A DNA stretch of 50,111 nucleotides from positions 1 to 50,111 of the forward strand of contig JYFJ02002830.1 in assembly GCA_000934665.2 (NCBI GenBank), given 5' to 3'. Below, in pieces: positions 37,481 through 49,875 of this stretch. The position numbers were made by a program, and so were the translations under genes. Numbering within the stretch: the first letter of the stretch is position 1; every line of letters begins with the position of its first letter. The notes below the pieces were generated by a model, which was not told where the DNA came from, did not search any database, and was given only the letters and a program-made list of their open reading frames with translations. This stretch comes from Catajapyx aquilonaris (lineage: Eukaryota).

Positions 37481-38552
37481 CATGCATGTAACGGCACAAG
37501 CCCCCTCTCCTCTTAACATCGAGCAACAATGAATGCAGCTTCTCTCCCTAACGCACTTCTTCCACGTCACAAAATAAAGGAAAGTTGTTGCTATAGGACT
37601 CAGGAACGGAGCATGATAAACAAATTTAAAAATTAGTACAGGACGATATTTTTGAAGTTTAAATATTGGTTAGCATGTTATGTTAACAGAATAATGTTGG
37701 AGGTCTTTCACATGAAAGTGTTAATTTACGTTAAACGTTTGCTAATATTTTTTTGAATACATGTATTGACTTTTCTTCCAGCAAATTCAGACATGGTTTT
37801 GAGCCACTTGTGAACCCGTGTGTTTCTCTCGTCACTTGGTTTCACTGCCAGGTTGATATTTCCATATATTATTTGCGTACCACTCTGTGGGGACAGTTCC
37901 TCAGGTATGCGGCTTGGTTTCATGTGGTGTCCTCCCCCAATAGCCTTGTTATTGTTGCATGTCTTCCTGGACAGCTGAGATTAATACATGTGTCACGATC
38001 TTTGTCGGATGATTTATTCAGCTACCTTCATCCCTACTCTGACAGTGTGTTGGCGCAGGTTGCAAAGGTCCTAGTGTTCGCGATCGTTCAAGAAATAGGT
38101 CTTGTAAATTGCGATGCCTAATATTGCATCGTCGTATGCAGTACTGTTGATGGTCAGAGGTGTATGAGGTATAACCCGGCTTCTTCGTTCTAACAAATCC
38201 CTAGTTCATATAATGCCAGTCGCGTTGTCCTTCTGTTAGGCGAGGCTTGCCTTGAATGTGCCCTGCGTGAAATGCTCTGCACGGATGCAGTTCTTGATTG
38301 TATATCTTCCGAAGTTTAAAAAGTGCAGTTCAAGTAACATTTTTTTTCAGCCTTTAAAAATAATCTTTATACACTTAAAACCGAGTGGGACAAACGACGT
38401 GTACGTTAAAATTTTCCTTGTAAGGAAATTATGAGTAAATATGCTCTTGTACGTGTGTCTATCCTGGTTGCCACGGATATCAACCGATCTTATCTTACTA
38501 TCCGGCATTAACGACGCAAAGTAGCCAAAATCTAATTGCCCATCCATCAATA

Positions 38553-38618
38553 ATAATTAGTTTTGCGAGTACTATCAATCCGCATGACGATTGGGGGCAA
38601 GTTTCCCTTCACCCTGTA
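38553..38618. mobile_element. Remnant Tc1/mariner-type terminus
   Basis: Minus strand reads TA-CAGGGTGAAGGGAAACTTGCCCCC, a CAGGGTG-type TIR start after TA. No partner end was found. Confidence 0.4.
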
Positions 38619-38930
38619 TACAGACTGATATTAACATGAGCTTATTTCAGTTGGCATCCAAAAATTTCCTCACATGAATAGGATGTATTAAAATTTCAAA
38701 ATTACTGCCTGGATTCACCCATGAGCTCATGATGCTATAGTTATTCCACTCAGATTGATGACACAAGTTAAGGGAGGTTATTAATTAACCACACTCTGAT
38801 CAGATATATTAATGCACCACTGTACATTTTATATCACGAACAGAAGTAACCCACAGAATGAATTGTTTAAATTATTTACATCTGGCATACAGCTAGGAAA
38901 GCAGTTTTTCATGGCCATAAAATTCCTTAC

Positions 38931-39100
38931 CTGAACCGGCAGATTAATCTTCTCTTCGATAACAGCCAATCGGTTGTCAGTTTCAGTTATGAATCTGGAC
39001 AAGTTAGCGTTCGTTCTTTCCTGATCTTCGTAGATCTTCCGTATCCAGTTAACGACATCATTTATTGTGTCCATGTTGCTTATTGGAGCCACAATTTCAC
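38931..39100 (-). other. Isolated open exon-like segment encoding a coiled-coil-like peptide
   Basis: Acceptor ctctttacag| and donor CAG|gtaagg flank 170 nt with open frame EIVAPISNMDTINDVVNWIRKIYEDQERTNANLSRFITETDNRLAVIEEKINLPVQ. Confidence 0.65.
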
Positions 39101-42100
39101 CTGTAAAGAGTAATCCTTGATGATACTTGCCTCAGCTTACACAGGGTGCTATATTTAAAAAAATTGGATTTAATGGGACTATGATCGCTCTGCAATTTAT
39201 GGATGCAAATTATTATTATTGGCAACAAAAATTTTCTATCAAAGCTTGAGGAATTGGAACCCATGGCAGAGAGGTGCCAATCACCACAACTGATGACCCA
39301 TGATGCATGTCGGACCCTTTACTCTACACCACTAAGAAAGCTTGTTTGCGTGAATGGAAAAGGTATTACTAGCTCAAGTTTTCTTACTAGTAGTAATCAG
39401 ATGTTAAGAAGCATATTTAAAGTCACAAACATGAGTAGAGATTGGTTCATTTGGAAACTGCAAGGAATATAATTATTTCTTCCAGAGTTTCAATGTGAAA
39501 CGTGGCGTTGTTGCTTCTTTCGTCTGCTTCAGCCTATATGCTCCCTCGAGAAACTTTCTGCTTATCCCTCCTTATTCGTGCACGTCCTCACATGAACGTG
39601 TTGACAGTGGCATTATCCATTTTATGTTACCTGCCATGAATCATTATATCGCATATACTGGTGTCCACATCTTCTCATCGCATCCAAGTACGGCAGGTAT
39701 GATGTTGCGCCATGTCACTTCGTCGTCTTGTAGGATTCATGATGCGCACCCTGCTATGCATTTTAATCGAGAGAGGTCACCCGATCCTATTGTTGAAATT
39801 TCATATCACCTGGAATGGTGCCATTATTAGATGGGAGGTCTGCGTGTGCAACTGTTGGTCTCGTGCGCCTGTTGCTTCTGGCCACAATGGAGAGTTGTTG
39901 GGGGGGGAACTTCCTACTCCATTATTTTGTGAGTCTCGCCCATCTGAACCGGAGATGGGATTTTGGGCGTGCAATAGTCCGTCTTGCTCTACGTGAAGGC
40001 AGCTCCTCGTGACCTATCCCTTCAGAGACCCAAGTTGCCATCCATTGTTGGATAGTGCATTAATTCGGGGCATTTTTTGGACAGTTCCTGGTAACACTTG
40101 GCTGGCGATCATGTGGGAATTTTTATCAAAATGGCAGTAATATTACTACGATATAATGGAATTTACGCGTATGTTTAATTTTTCTGTAACAAAACCCCTT
40201 TAGACATTGGTAAGAATTAGCGGGAAAAAAGGGGTGCTGTTTAATGCACTAGTCTCACTACCTATAATTAGAAGTGACGCCTTTTACTTCTTCACATGTG
40301 CTATGGGGGATTTTTTCGTCTCTTCCTTCCTCCACTTCTTCCTTGTATGGTGCAAGTGACATTAATGAAACTTTTTAATATTCCAGCGAGAGTTGACAGT
40401 TGTTGGACGTCTGCATCCCAATAATTGGGCTGATGAAATAATCGAGAGTGCGAATGAAAACCGGCCTTTTTGTACACTTATATACCAGGGTTTTTTCCCC
40501 TGTCCTGGTCGGAATGGAAGACGTATCTCTGTCTGGAAGGATTTCCTCGCTGACCCCCTTGCAGCACCTTGTCATTGCTGAGGATTTGCCTGAAACCTTG
40601 GGTTAACTGTTTGGAAAAAGGACAAGGTCCTTTGCGATATTCCAAGTCCTCTTTCTCCGGGTTCCAGTGTCGCACTTCAATTGAGTAATGGCCATTATGG
40701 ACGTGAGCATTGCCTGGAGACTCTCAATATATGTGCGCATTATTCAAACGTTTTAATGCACGTTTTAATTGCAAATGGCAGTCATAATGTGACGTCGAAA
40801 TTTCTCATCGGCTTGGTTGCTCTCTCTTCCTTTACTTGCTCTGTGTCTCACTGTGTTTCTTGTACAAGTAAATTGGAGGTATATTAGCGGCAATGTATTG
40901 TAATAGAGCGTAAAATGACACGAAGTAGACTGATGCCCCATGTTCTGAATGTATAGTGAGTGGTCCAGTGTTGAGATGGTGAAGCACTTTGCAAATAATA
41001 TCGAAGGGATCCAAGCAATGCGACCAGTGCTGTATCAAATATTTTTCATCGCTGCTCCGCTCCATATCGGTCCTGCCGTCGGATTTTTTGAAATTACATC
41101 CTTCAAGCAGGGTAATTTCTTCGGGACATGTTTGGTTTCAAACCCATTCTGTTCCTTTTCGAGTATTGATTTCTCCCTCTCCACCCTGTCTGAAATAACA
41201 TTTTTTTTCTCTCATAAGTTCCCATGCTTATTTCCTGATCACTATCTCGATGGTGGATCGAAGATTGCCACCAATAATAATAAGCGGTGTTATCATGACC
41301 GTGCAACAAATTAATCAGCTGTTCAGTAATAAGTTTGTTTTCAAACCGTCATGGAAGATTCTGGGCGACAATTGACATTGGAAGTTGGTTTTGTGAGATA
41401 CCCCCTTTTTACTAGGAGGTGAAGGTGATATAACGATACTCCGTTGAGAGAGCATTTGGGATGCTGGCCCGGAAGAAGACATGTGCTGTCCTTTCTTGTC
41501 CAGTACTGCTAACAATTATTCTTAATGTTGGGTCATTTGAAGGGCTCATCCTGCTGCTTAAATATCTCATGGTGGTCTGGCAACAGTGCATTTCGCTGCG
41601 TCTGTGTCACACTTGTCTCCAGGGCAGCAGCGACTGACAATAGGCCAACTTGTAATGTAAATGTGCTTTTTTGCTGAACGTTGGTCTGCCCCTGCCACAA
41701 CAATTAGGCGCCTATGCTGCCTGTTCAGCAGACAAGGACAAAAATACTTCCGCACACCTTCTCTCAATGCTAAATGTGCAGATCCTTCATATCTCCTTCA
41801 TGCCGTAAGACGCACTAAGAACATCTTTTTCCTCCCTTCAGCACTGGCTTCATCTTGTTGGCCAACTCTTTATTCAGTGTAAATGTATTAATATTGGAAG
41901 TGCTGTACTATGTGGAAAATGGACACAGACAATTACTTCTTCGGGAAGAGAAGGTGCGGGAACCCTGCAGGGTATTCCACGAAATATTAGGTAAGAAACT
42001 GAAACTAGATGGACTTGATATAGTCCGGTCGTGCTCTCTCCCTTTTCTGTCCTTGCCTCACTATCGTCGTATTGCTGGGTGGAATGACCTTCTCATCATA

Positions 42101-45018
42101 GTAGGTTCTCTTGTAGTACAGAAGTATTCGTCGTGTCCTTTTTGACACTGCCGTCGTGTAGATCATAACATGTGAGGCATCATTCTCTGCATTTTAATTG
42201 AGATTGATCACTCGACAGCTGTTGGAATGTTGTATCACTTTGAATGGTGGCATTATTAGATGAGAGTGAGACATTAACTAGTCCATGTTGAGGTCACGAC
42301 CCTTCCTGTTTATAGTGCCACATTTTCAAGAGGTTGTGGGGGGATTATCGTCACTTACGACGACTTTCCCCACCGTCTCGCCTTTAGTGTCGTGACGATA
42401 TAAAGTCGAGTTTTATTTATTTTTTAATGATATTGTGGTATGTGTTGCATCTACCGTTAGCATTAAGAAGACATCCCAATACTGTATAGGTTAGGATTTC
42501 TCGCGCGAAAACATTGATAATCTCAATGTCATAGCCCTATGGTAAGATTCCCAAATCGAATTGCAAAAAATTCGTCTCCTTCTTTCTGGACCTTCCAGAA
42601 CCAGCATGTGCTCGTCAAAATGCCCTCCTGCCTTTCCTTAATCGGATTGATTGTTGTTGCAGTGTCAGTCATGCTCTGATAGTCTCATTCCTCATGAGCC
42701 AAGGAGTGCTTAGTCACAAGATTCGTCAGTCACATGTGAAAATGTTTCCTTCTTCCTATTAAAATACTGTGAAATTGAATGAATATTTGAATATGAAAAC
42801 CTTTGATGTGAAATCCTCCGAGGTGTCAAACTGCGACCAGTAGCAGAGTTTGTGTCACATGTTGTACATTTATAGTCATCATTATTATTTGCTGGTTGCT
42901 TCTTTATTAGTATACATGATTAGTCGTCACTCGGTTGCTTGGAATGCATGTTTTGTTCTTATGAGTCGCGACAATACCTGTTGTGGTGGTGCCCCATCTT
43001 GTCATGTGCAGGGAAACATGGCATTCTGCTGCGACACTCGTCGTAATGAAGCCGTTTTCTTTGTGTTTTGGCCAGTCGTCGTCCGTCTTCTGGTATGTCT
43101 CTGGGAATTTCTGTTGAAGATTCATGGACACTGGTGCTCCTTGTCTCACCCTGTGCGCCTTACCCTTGGGTGAGTGAGTGAGTGAGGGTCTTTTGGCGCA
43201 ACTCCACAGACATAATTATTGCAACAATTAATTTTTCAGCATCCCTTCTCTGTCAGCACACAACTTGTTCCTTTGAAATACCGCCGTCGTCGCGTCGGAA
43301 CAAGGGAGCCAAAAGAAGGGCGATAAAATAATAATACTGGGAGGGAATTAGTGGGCGCTAAAGGACCATTGAGGCTGAGATGAATCATATGATCTGAAAT
43401 TTTGGTAGTCACATTCTGCCATCTTGTGCAATATTATTTATGGTGTCCTTTACTGTTGGGATTTAACGTGACACCCATAGCTTCTGGATAAATGTTACGA
43501 CTATTTCTCGTCCAGATATTGATTAGGTATAGTTATTAACTCGCAGTAGACGAGTAATAACCTCGTTGGTGAAGGCAAAACTGAGCCATTCTCATTTGGG
43601 ACTGGCGGGCAAAGGTGTAAATATGGCTGTTCTGATAATGTTGTTGTTGTGACACAACAACTGTACCAACGAATATTCAGTGAGAGTTTGCGAGACAGAG
43701 TGAAGAATTATGCAAATTAGTCGACATGCTTGTATCAAGAGGCGTGTACATATATGATGGACCCTGCGACTGTAGCACCTTGCCTTTCATAAGTCCTGCT
43801 ACGGCCATGGTACAATTTGTTCCACATTCAGACAATGCGCCCTCAGTTCGCTACTCAAATGTTTGCATGCATCTTGAGCAGCACTAATTAGGAATGCATA
43901 TGCGACGTATTTTAATATGTCAATATGTATTGTGAACAATATGGCACGGGATGTTAGGGTAATAATTATTTTCACACTAAGTGTGCAAAATTGACTTTTG
44001 AGCACGTATTTAATGTGTTGCTTGAAGTATTGAATGCACTGACCGAATATGAGTAGATTAGTGTGCCCATACTCACAATCATAACAGAATAATATATGCA
44101 ACGGACGTCATTCTCCAACTCACTCATTGCACGGAATGGCTAGTAACTGTCTCAAAAATATTTTCGTCTTTCAATTTTGGCTTGGACGTTTGAAGCTTTC
44201 TCTATAGTCTAGAGTTCTAGACGATGCTTTCACATTAGAGCGTGTAACGTTTCATAATATGCTGCCAACTTAGAGGACCACCGGACTAGAGATGTTGGAG
44301 GGGGGGTGGCAATACACTCGCTCCATCAAGGAGTGGCTTACACAACACTGGGTATCCAATATTACTTGTTTAAAAGTTATTATTAGTGTTTGGGAATTTA
44401 TATCAGGTATCGTGCTTGAGTTCAAGTTTCAGAATTGGGACAGTAGCTTTCTGTCCTTTTTCAGTGTTTGTCAGACTGGATTTGTCTATTCCTCCCTCCT
44501 GTTCACACACACTTCATGCCAATTTTAGTGTCAACAGGCAATTATATTATACAAAAAGTGACCTAGCAGTGTCATGGCTTTATAATTGCAGAGCAGGCAG
44601 TCACTGAGTCCAATTAATTTAATGAAATGTGCACATGCCAGTGGTACTAACGACAACTCCTGTGTGGGGCGGAGGTATGATACAATACATCTATTTGCAA
44701 TACTTAAAATTGCGTTGTGCAAACTCTATGCAGTGTTTCCAGGGCAACAATTCTGCCTGCTTAGGTTCTCTGCAATCACCAGATATCAGTGTGAATAATT
44801 GAAAAAAAGTGCTTCGTGCCGTCTCTCCTCTCTGACACGGCTTGAGCTGTTAAGTGTAATTGTGTAATTGCTTCGATTCATGCTGAAAGGTTGGATTGGT
44901 AGTGTTTGTTTTGTCTCTTCTTTTTGGTGTAGGAGAGAGTGTTTCATATTTAACAGTCTTTACCTTAATGTACTTTTAGTGGAGGATGTTTTGTTCTTTT
45001 TTTGCTGTGTATACGAGA

Positions 45019-45427
45019 ACCATGGCATGTCACTCCGTCCTCCTCTCCCGTTCTCTTTTTTTGAGCCATGGTATGTGGATTAATTTGGCTCAATGTTAAG
45101 TGTCACCGGATGATATTTCGACAGTCGACACTTAACTTAATGGGACATTACATGTGACATGATTTTTAACAAATTGCAGATTACTCTCTGCAAGTCAAAC
45201 CTTATTTAGAGGGGAACTCATCAAGTTATTGGCCAGCAGAGGCAACTCTTGACACTCACTTATTACTGCAATGTTTTTCCAGTTCATTTTGTATGCTATT
45301 CATGGTGTGAGCATAATTAAACAATTGCAGAGAAAGTCGATCCTCGTGTGTAATAGCCTATCAAGTTCCCCCGGTTGAGAGTTTGTCCGTCTGTCTTCAC
45401 ACTTCACCCTCATGTCCTTGTAACCCT
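45019..45427. repeat. Block M, copy 1 of a near-identical ~400-bp duplication (copy 2 at 47092-47492; older homolog ~29090-29200)
   Basis: accatggcatgtcactccg...gtccttgtaaccct in both copies. Minus peptide ISECQxLxxLAN is shared with the older homolog. Confidence 0.95.
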
Positions 45428-46185
45428 TGTATACGAATTCTTGTCCTTGTCCTTGTCTTGTCTTGTCTTGTCCCTTGTCCTTGTATACGAATTCTTTATA
45501 CGCACGAATTATTGCAGAAATATGATCAAAACGTGCTGTGCATATGTACTATATAGCTCAAAAAGATTAGAGACCATTTTGTATTGAAACCAAATGTAAA
45601 ATCGTCTCCCATCTTTTCGAGCGATATATACTGTACGCAATGTATTTTTAAAATTAAATTTGGCACAATTTTGCAGAAAAGTCATTCTGGAAGTGTACGT
45701 GCTAGCCGCATCGCATTATTCGGTGTCTGAATGTTTGGATTCGGTTGGTCGACAGATATGCGTAGCAGTCATTGCGGCATCTGATCATATGCGACCATGG
45801 AGGAATTCTGGTGGTGCCAAACAAGAGAATTCCTGCAGGTTGATATGGGAGTCAGATTAGCAATTAGTATTTTTAGGCCTGTAATGCTGGCAGCTACAAG
45901 GTCTCTTCCGGTGGGATATAGTCGAAGGCCGCTCTCTTGGGAATTACTGGTAACATGTGATATGATGAGTAGTAGCGAAACCAACAGGCAATGAGGCCAC
46001 TGTCACCAGAACCAGTATGAAGACCTTGCGCACCGTGCGGCCCCAAGGTCAATGCCGGTTACACACAAATGCTCTATCAGTTCCTGAATATCATTAGATT
46101 TAGTGGTTTTAGTGGGATTTACAATGGAACCTTATGGGCCTTCGAAATTTAAAATGGGAAAATCTCAGTTTCACCTGACATATCA

Positions 46186-46245
46186 GGTGTGAAGAACGAT
46201 CAAGATCCACCTGATATGAGGTGGATCTTGATCATTCTTCACACC
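46186..46245. repeat. Near-perfect hairpin, 27-bp arms and 6-nt loop
   Basis: ggtgtgaagaacgatcaagatccacct-gatatg-aggtggatcttgatcattcttcacacc, one mismatch. Confidence 0.95.
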
Positions 46246-46810
46246 AAATTTCAAATTTCAATTTTATTTTGAAGGGAGAGACGAGTGTACAATATCAAAG
46301 ACGAGTTATTTACTGCGTGATCCGTAAGAATTGAATGTGAGATGTGTGCTGAGAGTTAAATGCATTGTAATTATCTGAGAGTTTAATAATCACCACTGCA
46401 GGGTGCATTCATGTTGAGTAAAGCATAATTAAAACCTTGTTAGTTGAATTCTTCCCTAGAGTTTCTTTTAACACTTGCAAGACTTAATTCCACATTCCAC
46501 TTAACTTAAGTTCAACCACTATACCTGTTATATGGCGTGAATTGCATGACATCATTTATCAGCAGTATGAAGTGTTTGACCTATCCATTGATAAGTACTT
46601 ACGTGACATTTACGTTGGTAATTAGAGCCAAACAAATAGCTTCCCCTTTGTTTCATTTTCCTTTATGGCATGGAGCGTCAGCACTCGAAAGAGCCGGATA
46701 CTTAACCTGTAGTCCTAATATACGTCATTTCTTATTTTTTGGTGCACGGGTCATGTACGTAAACGCTGTGAAATAATTAATTTAAATTGGAAAACATTGA
46801 CGTATTTGCA

Positions 46811-47065
46811 CTAGTGGCTGCGGGCCGAGGGGCTAACCCCACCCCGCGCCAACAGATGGCGCGCACGGCAGCGTCGCCCGTTTTTGCCCTGAGTGTCCTA
46901 TATTAGCGTAGCGCGTATATAATATTTGCCCTAAGCTAAGTAATCCCCGACATACCTCACTGGCGCCTGCCCCTCTTCCTCCTCTCCTGTTCCTTTTCGT
47001 CTCGGGCCTTGCTTGAAGATGGTGCCCTTGAAGATTTAGTTTTTCGCTCCGAGTGCTCACCACCT
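46811..47065 (-). mobile_element. Helitron-like 3' end
   Basis: Minus strand has a GC-rich hairpin gcggggtggggttagcccctcggcccgc, then agccaCTAG followed by T. Abrupt GC-rich composition relative to flanks. Confidence 0.65.
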
Positions 47066-48484
47066 CCAGCTGCACCAGCTCCACCAGCTCCACCATGGCA
47101 TGTCACTCCGTCCTCCTCCCCCATTCTCTTTTTTTTTGAGCCATGGTATGTGGATTAATTTGGCTCAATGTTAAGTGTCACCGGATGATATTTCGACAGT
47201 CGACACTAACTTAATGGGACATTACATGTGACATGATTTTTAACAAATTGCAGATTACTCTCTGCAAGTCAAACCTTATTTAGAGGGGAACTCATCAAGT
47301 TATTGGCCAGCAGAGGCAGCTCTTGACACTCACTTATGTTTTTCCAGTTCATTTTGTATGCTATTCATGGTGTGAGCATAATTAAACAATTGCAGAGAAA
47401 GTCGATCCTCGTGTGTAATAGCCTATCAAGTTCCCCCGGTTGAGAGTTTGTCCGTCTGTCTTCACACTTCACCCTCATGTCCTTGTAACCCTCCTCCAGT
47501 CTCTTTTATACAGTATAACGCAATGCATCCTGCGTGAGACAGAAATGCAATTCGAATCGGCCCTTCTCTGGCAGTACAAAACTCATTCCTTTCAGATGCC
47601 GGAGTCGGAGCAGCCGAGCCAGAAGGGCTATATGAATAATAACATATCGAGAGAATTCATTATGGGGACAAGGTAGAGCTGAATCAGATAAACATTTTGG
47701 TATGATGGTACTCACGTTCTGCTCTCCTGTGAGACATATCTATGGTGTGCTCTGACACAGTGTGCCTTACTTGGTATTTAAAACCCTTTGTTTCTGGATA
47801 TCTGTTACAGTCAGACTATGTCTCGTCTCGGAAATGCCTCTAATTAATAAATAACTTATTCTCTTCAATTGGAGAGGAGGTGTGTAGTCAAGTTGAAGGG
47901 TCTGATCAGCGCATGTTTTTATTTTGTAACTAAAGCTGGCAATGTGGCCCAGGATTATCGCGACTCTTTATACTGTCACGTCAAGTTCATAATAATGCTT
48001 GATCCCGTCAGAATCCGTTCTGGAATGAGTACCTACTGGTGATGGCTTGAATTCGTCGCTTGAACTTCACCCTTAGGTCATATGGTTTTTATGTGTCCGT
48101 TTCGTCCATTGTTGGACGTCGAGCAGTGTTTTCAGAAACCAGTGTATAATTAATGAGAACCAGTGTTCCGTCCTTCTGCACTTCATTGGCGTCTCTTCGT
48201 GTTGTTCTCCCAGTATGAGGGGATGGCAGCATTTTAAAAACAGTTTTCACTCCAAAACCGTTGGGGAAATGTAAACTGCACTGTTTTGTTCCTGCGCCAA
48301 CAATCCTGGCTTAATCCTCCGTCACCATGCTTCCTGTTGTCAATAATAGGTATTTATGTCAATCGATTTCAAAACTTAATTATTGCATTAAGAAGTTGTG
48401 AGTAAATTATTATGAGTTCATCCATCTTGAGTGCCACTGGTAGAGACACGGGGCGGCAAATTGAGTGTTTTGGGTGCATCTTGT

Positions 48485-48960
48485 TTAATCGTTCTTGAAA
48501 TATGAGAGTATTGGGTCGCATGATTTCGTTCGTTTGGCAACATTAGGGCAACCCTGCCTTGTTAGCGTCTTGTGATGTGCACATCGTATGTAGCAGAGTA
48601 TTTGGAAGCAGTTCAACATCACACAAGTCATGGCATTTACGATATGAGTGCCTAAAATTATTAAGTTTCCGTAATGAAAGAAATCTGTTTGGATATTCAG
48701 ATAATTATTGTTTTTGACGACACGGGCTTGTAGGAGTGACCCGGACATGACCCCTGGTGCAAGGGAAGACCAGTCCGCATGTAGCTTCGTCTTCATCATT
48801 GTAGCTTTGATGTCGCCCGTGCCGTCGTCCATTTCTTCCGCCTTCTTATACGTCTGACTTCATCTGTTGTTGCGTTTCGCAGTATGTTTCAGTTGTGTTT
48901 TGTAATGCTTGACAATATTCCTGCACTTCCCTCGTACTGCTCAGATCAGCCATGGTGGTC
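48485..48960 (-). pseudogene. Decayed coding fragment, family J (homologs 33850-33920 and 34880-34950)
   Basis: VQEYCQAL and KTKLHADWSSL are shared with the homologs. The frame stays open through APGVMSGSLLQARVVKNNNYLNIQTDFFHYGNLIILGTHIVNAM. Confidence 0.6.
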
Positions 48961-49875
48961 GTGGCTGAAGTTAATTTACTCCACTATGTCGTGATGGGTC
49001 AGAAATATGAATCGTCTTAACATGATCGGCACTTTTCTATCCCGCAAGAGTGGGAAAATGCAGGAAGCAAAATTTGATAAGCGCATTTTTGCCATCTGCA
49101 TCATAATAAGCTTGCAATTTTTTGCAGTAGTACAAGTACCCCAATGCAAAACCACACTATAATATCTGGCAAAACGCTTAATTCCACACCCTCGCCACGC
49201 CTCGTGATCATGTGGATGGTTCATTCTCAGTACCCCTGGGGAAGTACTGGCCATCCTCGTACATCATACATGTGGTTGGTCTGACCTCCTCCACGAAGGA
49301 GTGAATCTGGAATGGAGCACGTCGGTGTCCCGGTCAGCAGATAGTTGGACTACACTTCTCATTTGGGAAATGTACGGAGAGCGTGTGTTTATCACGAAGA
49401 CCGAAGAAGAGCAATGAACTTGTTTTGCATAACTATGCCTCTTTCATGTCAGCAAGACTTCTATTAGTAATGACAACTCACATAATCACACATGACAGTG
49501 CCTCCTTGGTAGGAAACATAAATTATTTATCATTATACTTTATGACTATACTGTCTAGTAACAATATCTTTGGTTTGTGCTATTCGAATGTTGTTGGACC
49601 TTTTTTGATGTTTGATACTGCGACCAGGGGTCAACTAGTATTGATTGTTATTCTTCAAAATGCTAATTCTTCTTTTGATGCTTGACGCTCACGTTTCCTT
49701 TAGTTGAAGCAGAGAAAGGCGCTCATCTTTTTATAGACTTTGTGTAGCAGCACTATTGGCAGCGTCGTCGGGCGTCATCAGAATGGATGTGAACCCTCAT
49801 ATAAAATAATTGTATGCAGGAAGGACCGATATTAATAATGTTGTTCATCAGCCACAGACGGATATTTCATTCTAA

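Noticed and set aside
41350..41375. Plus-strand KILGDN as Mononegavirales motif C
   Set aside because: Lacks the QGDNQ context, is followed immediately by a stop and has no flanking motifs.
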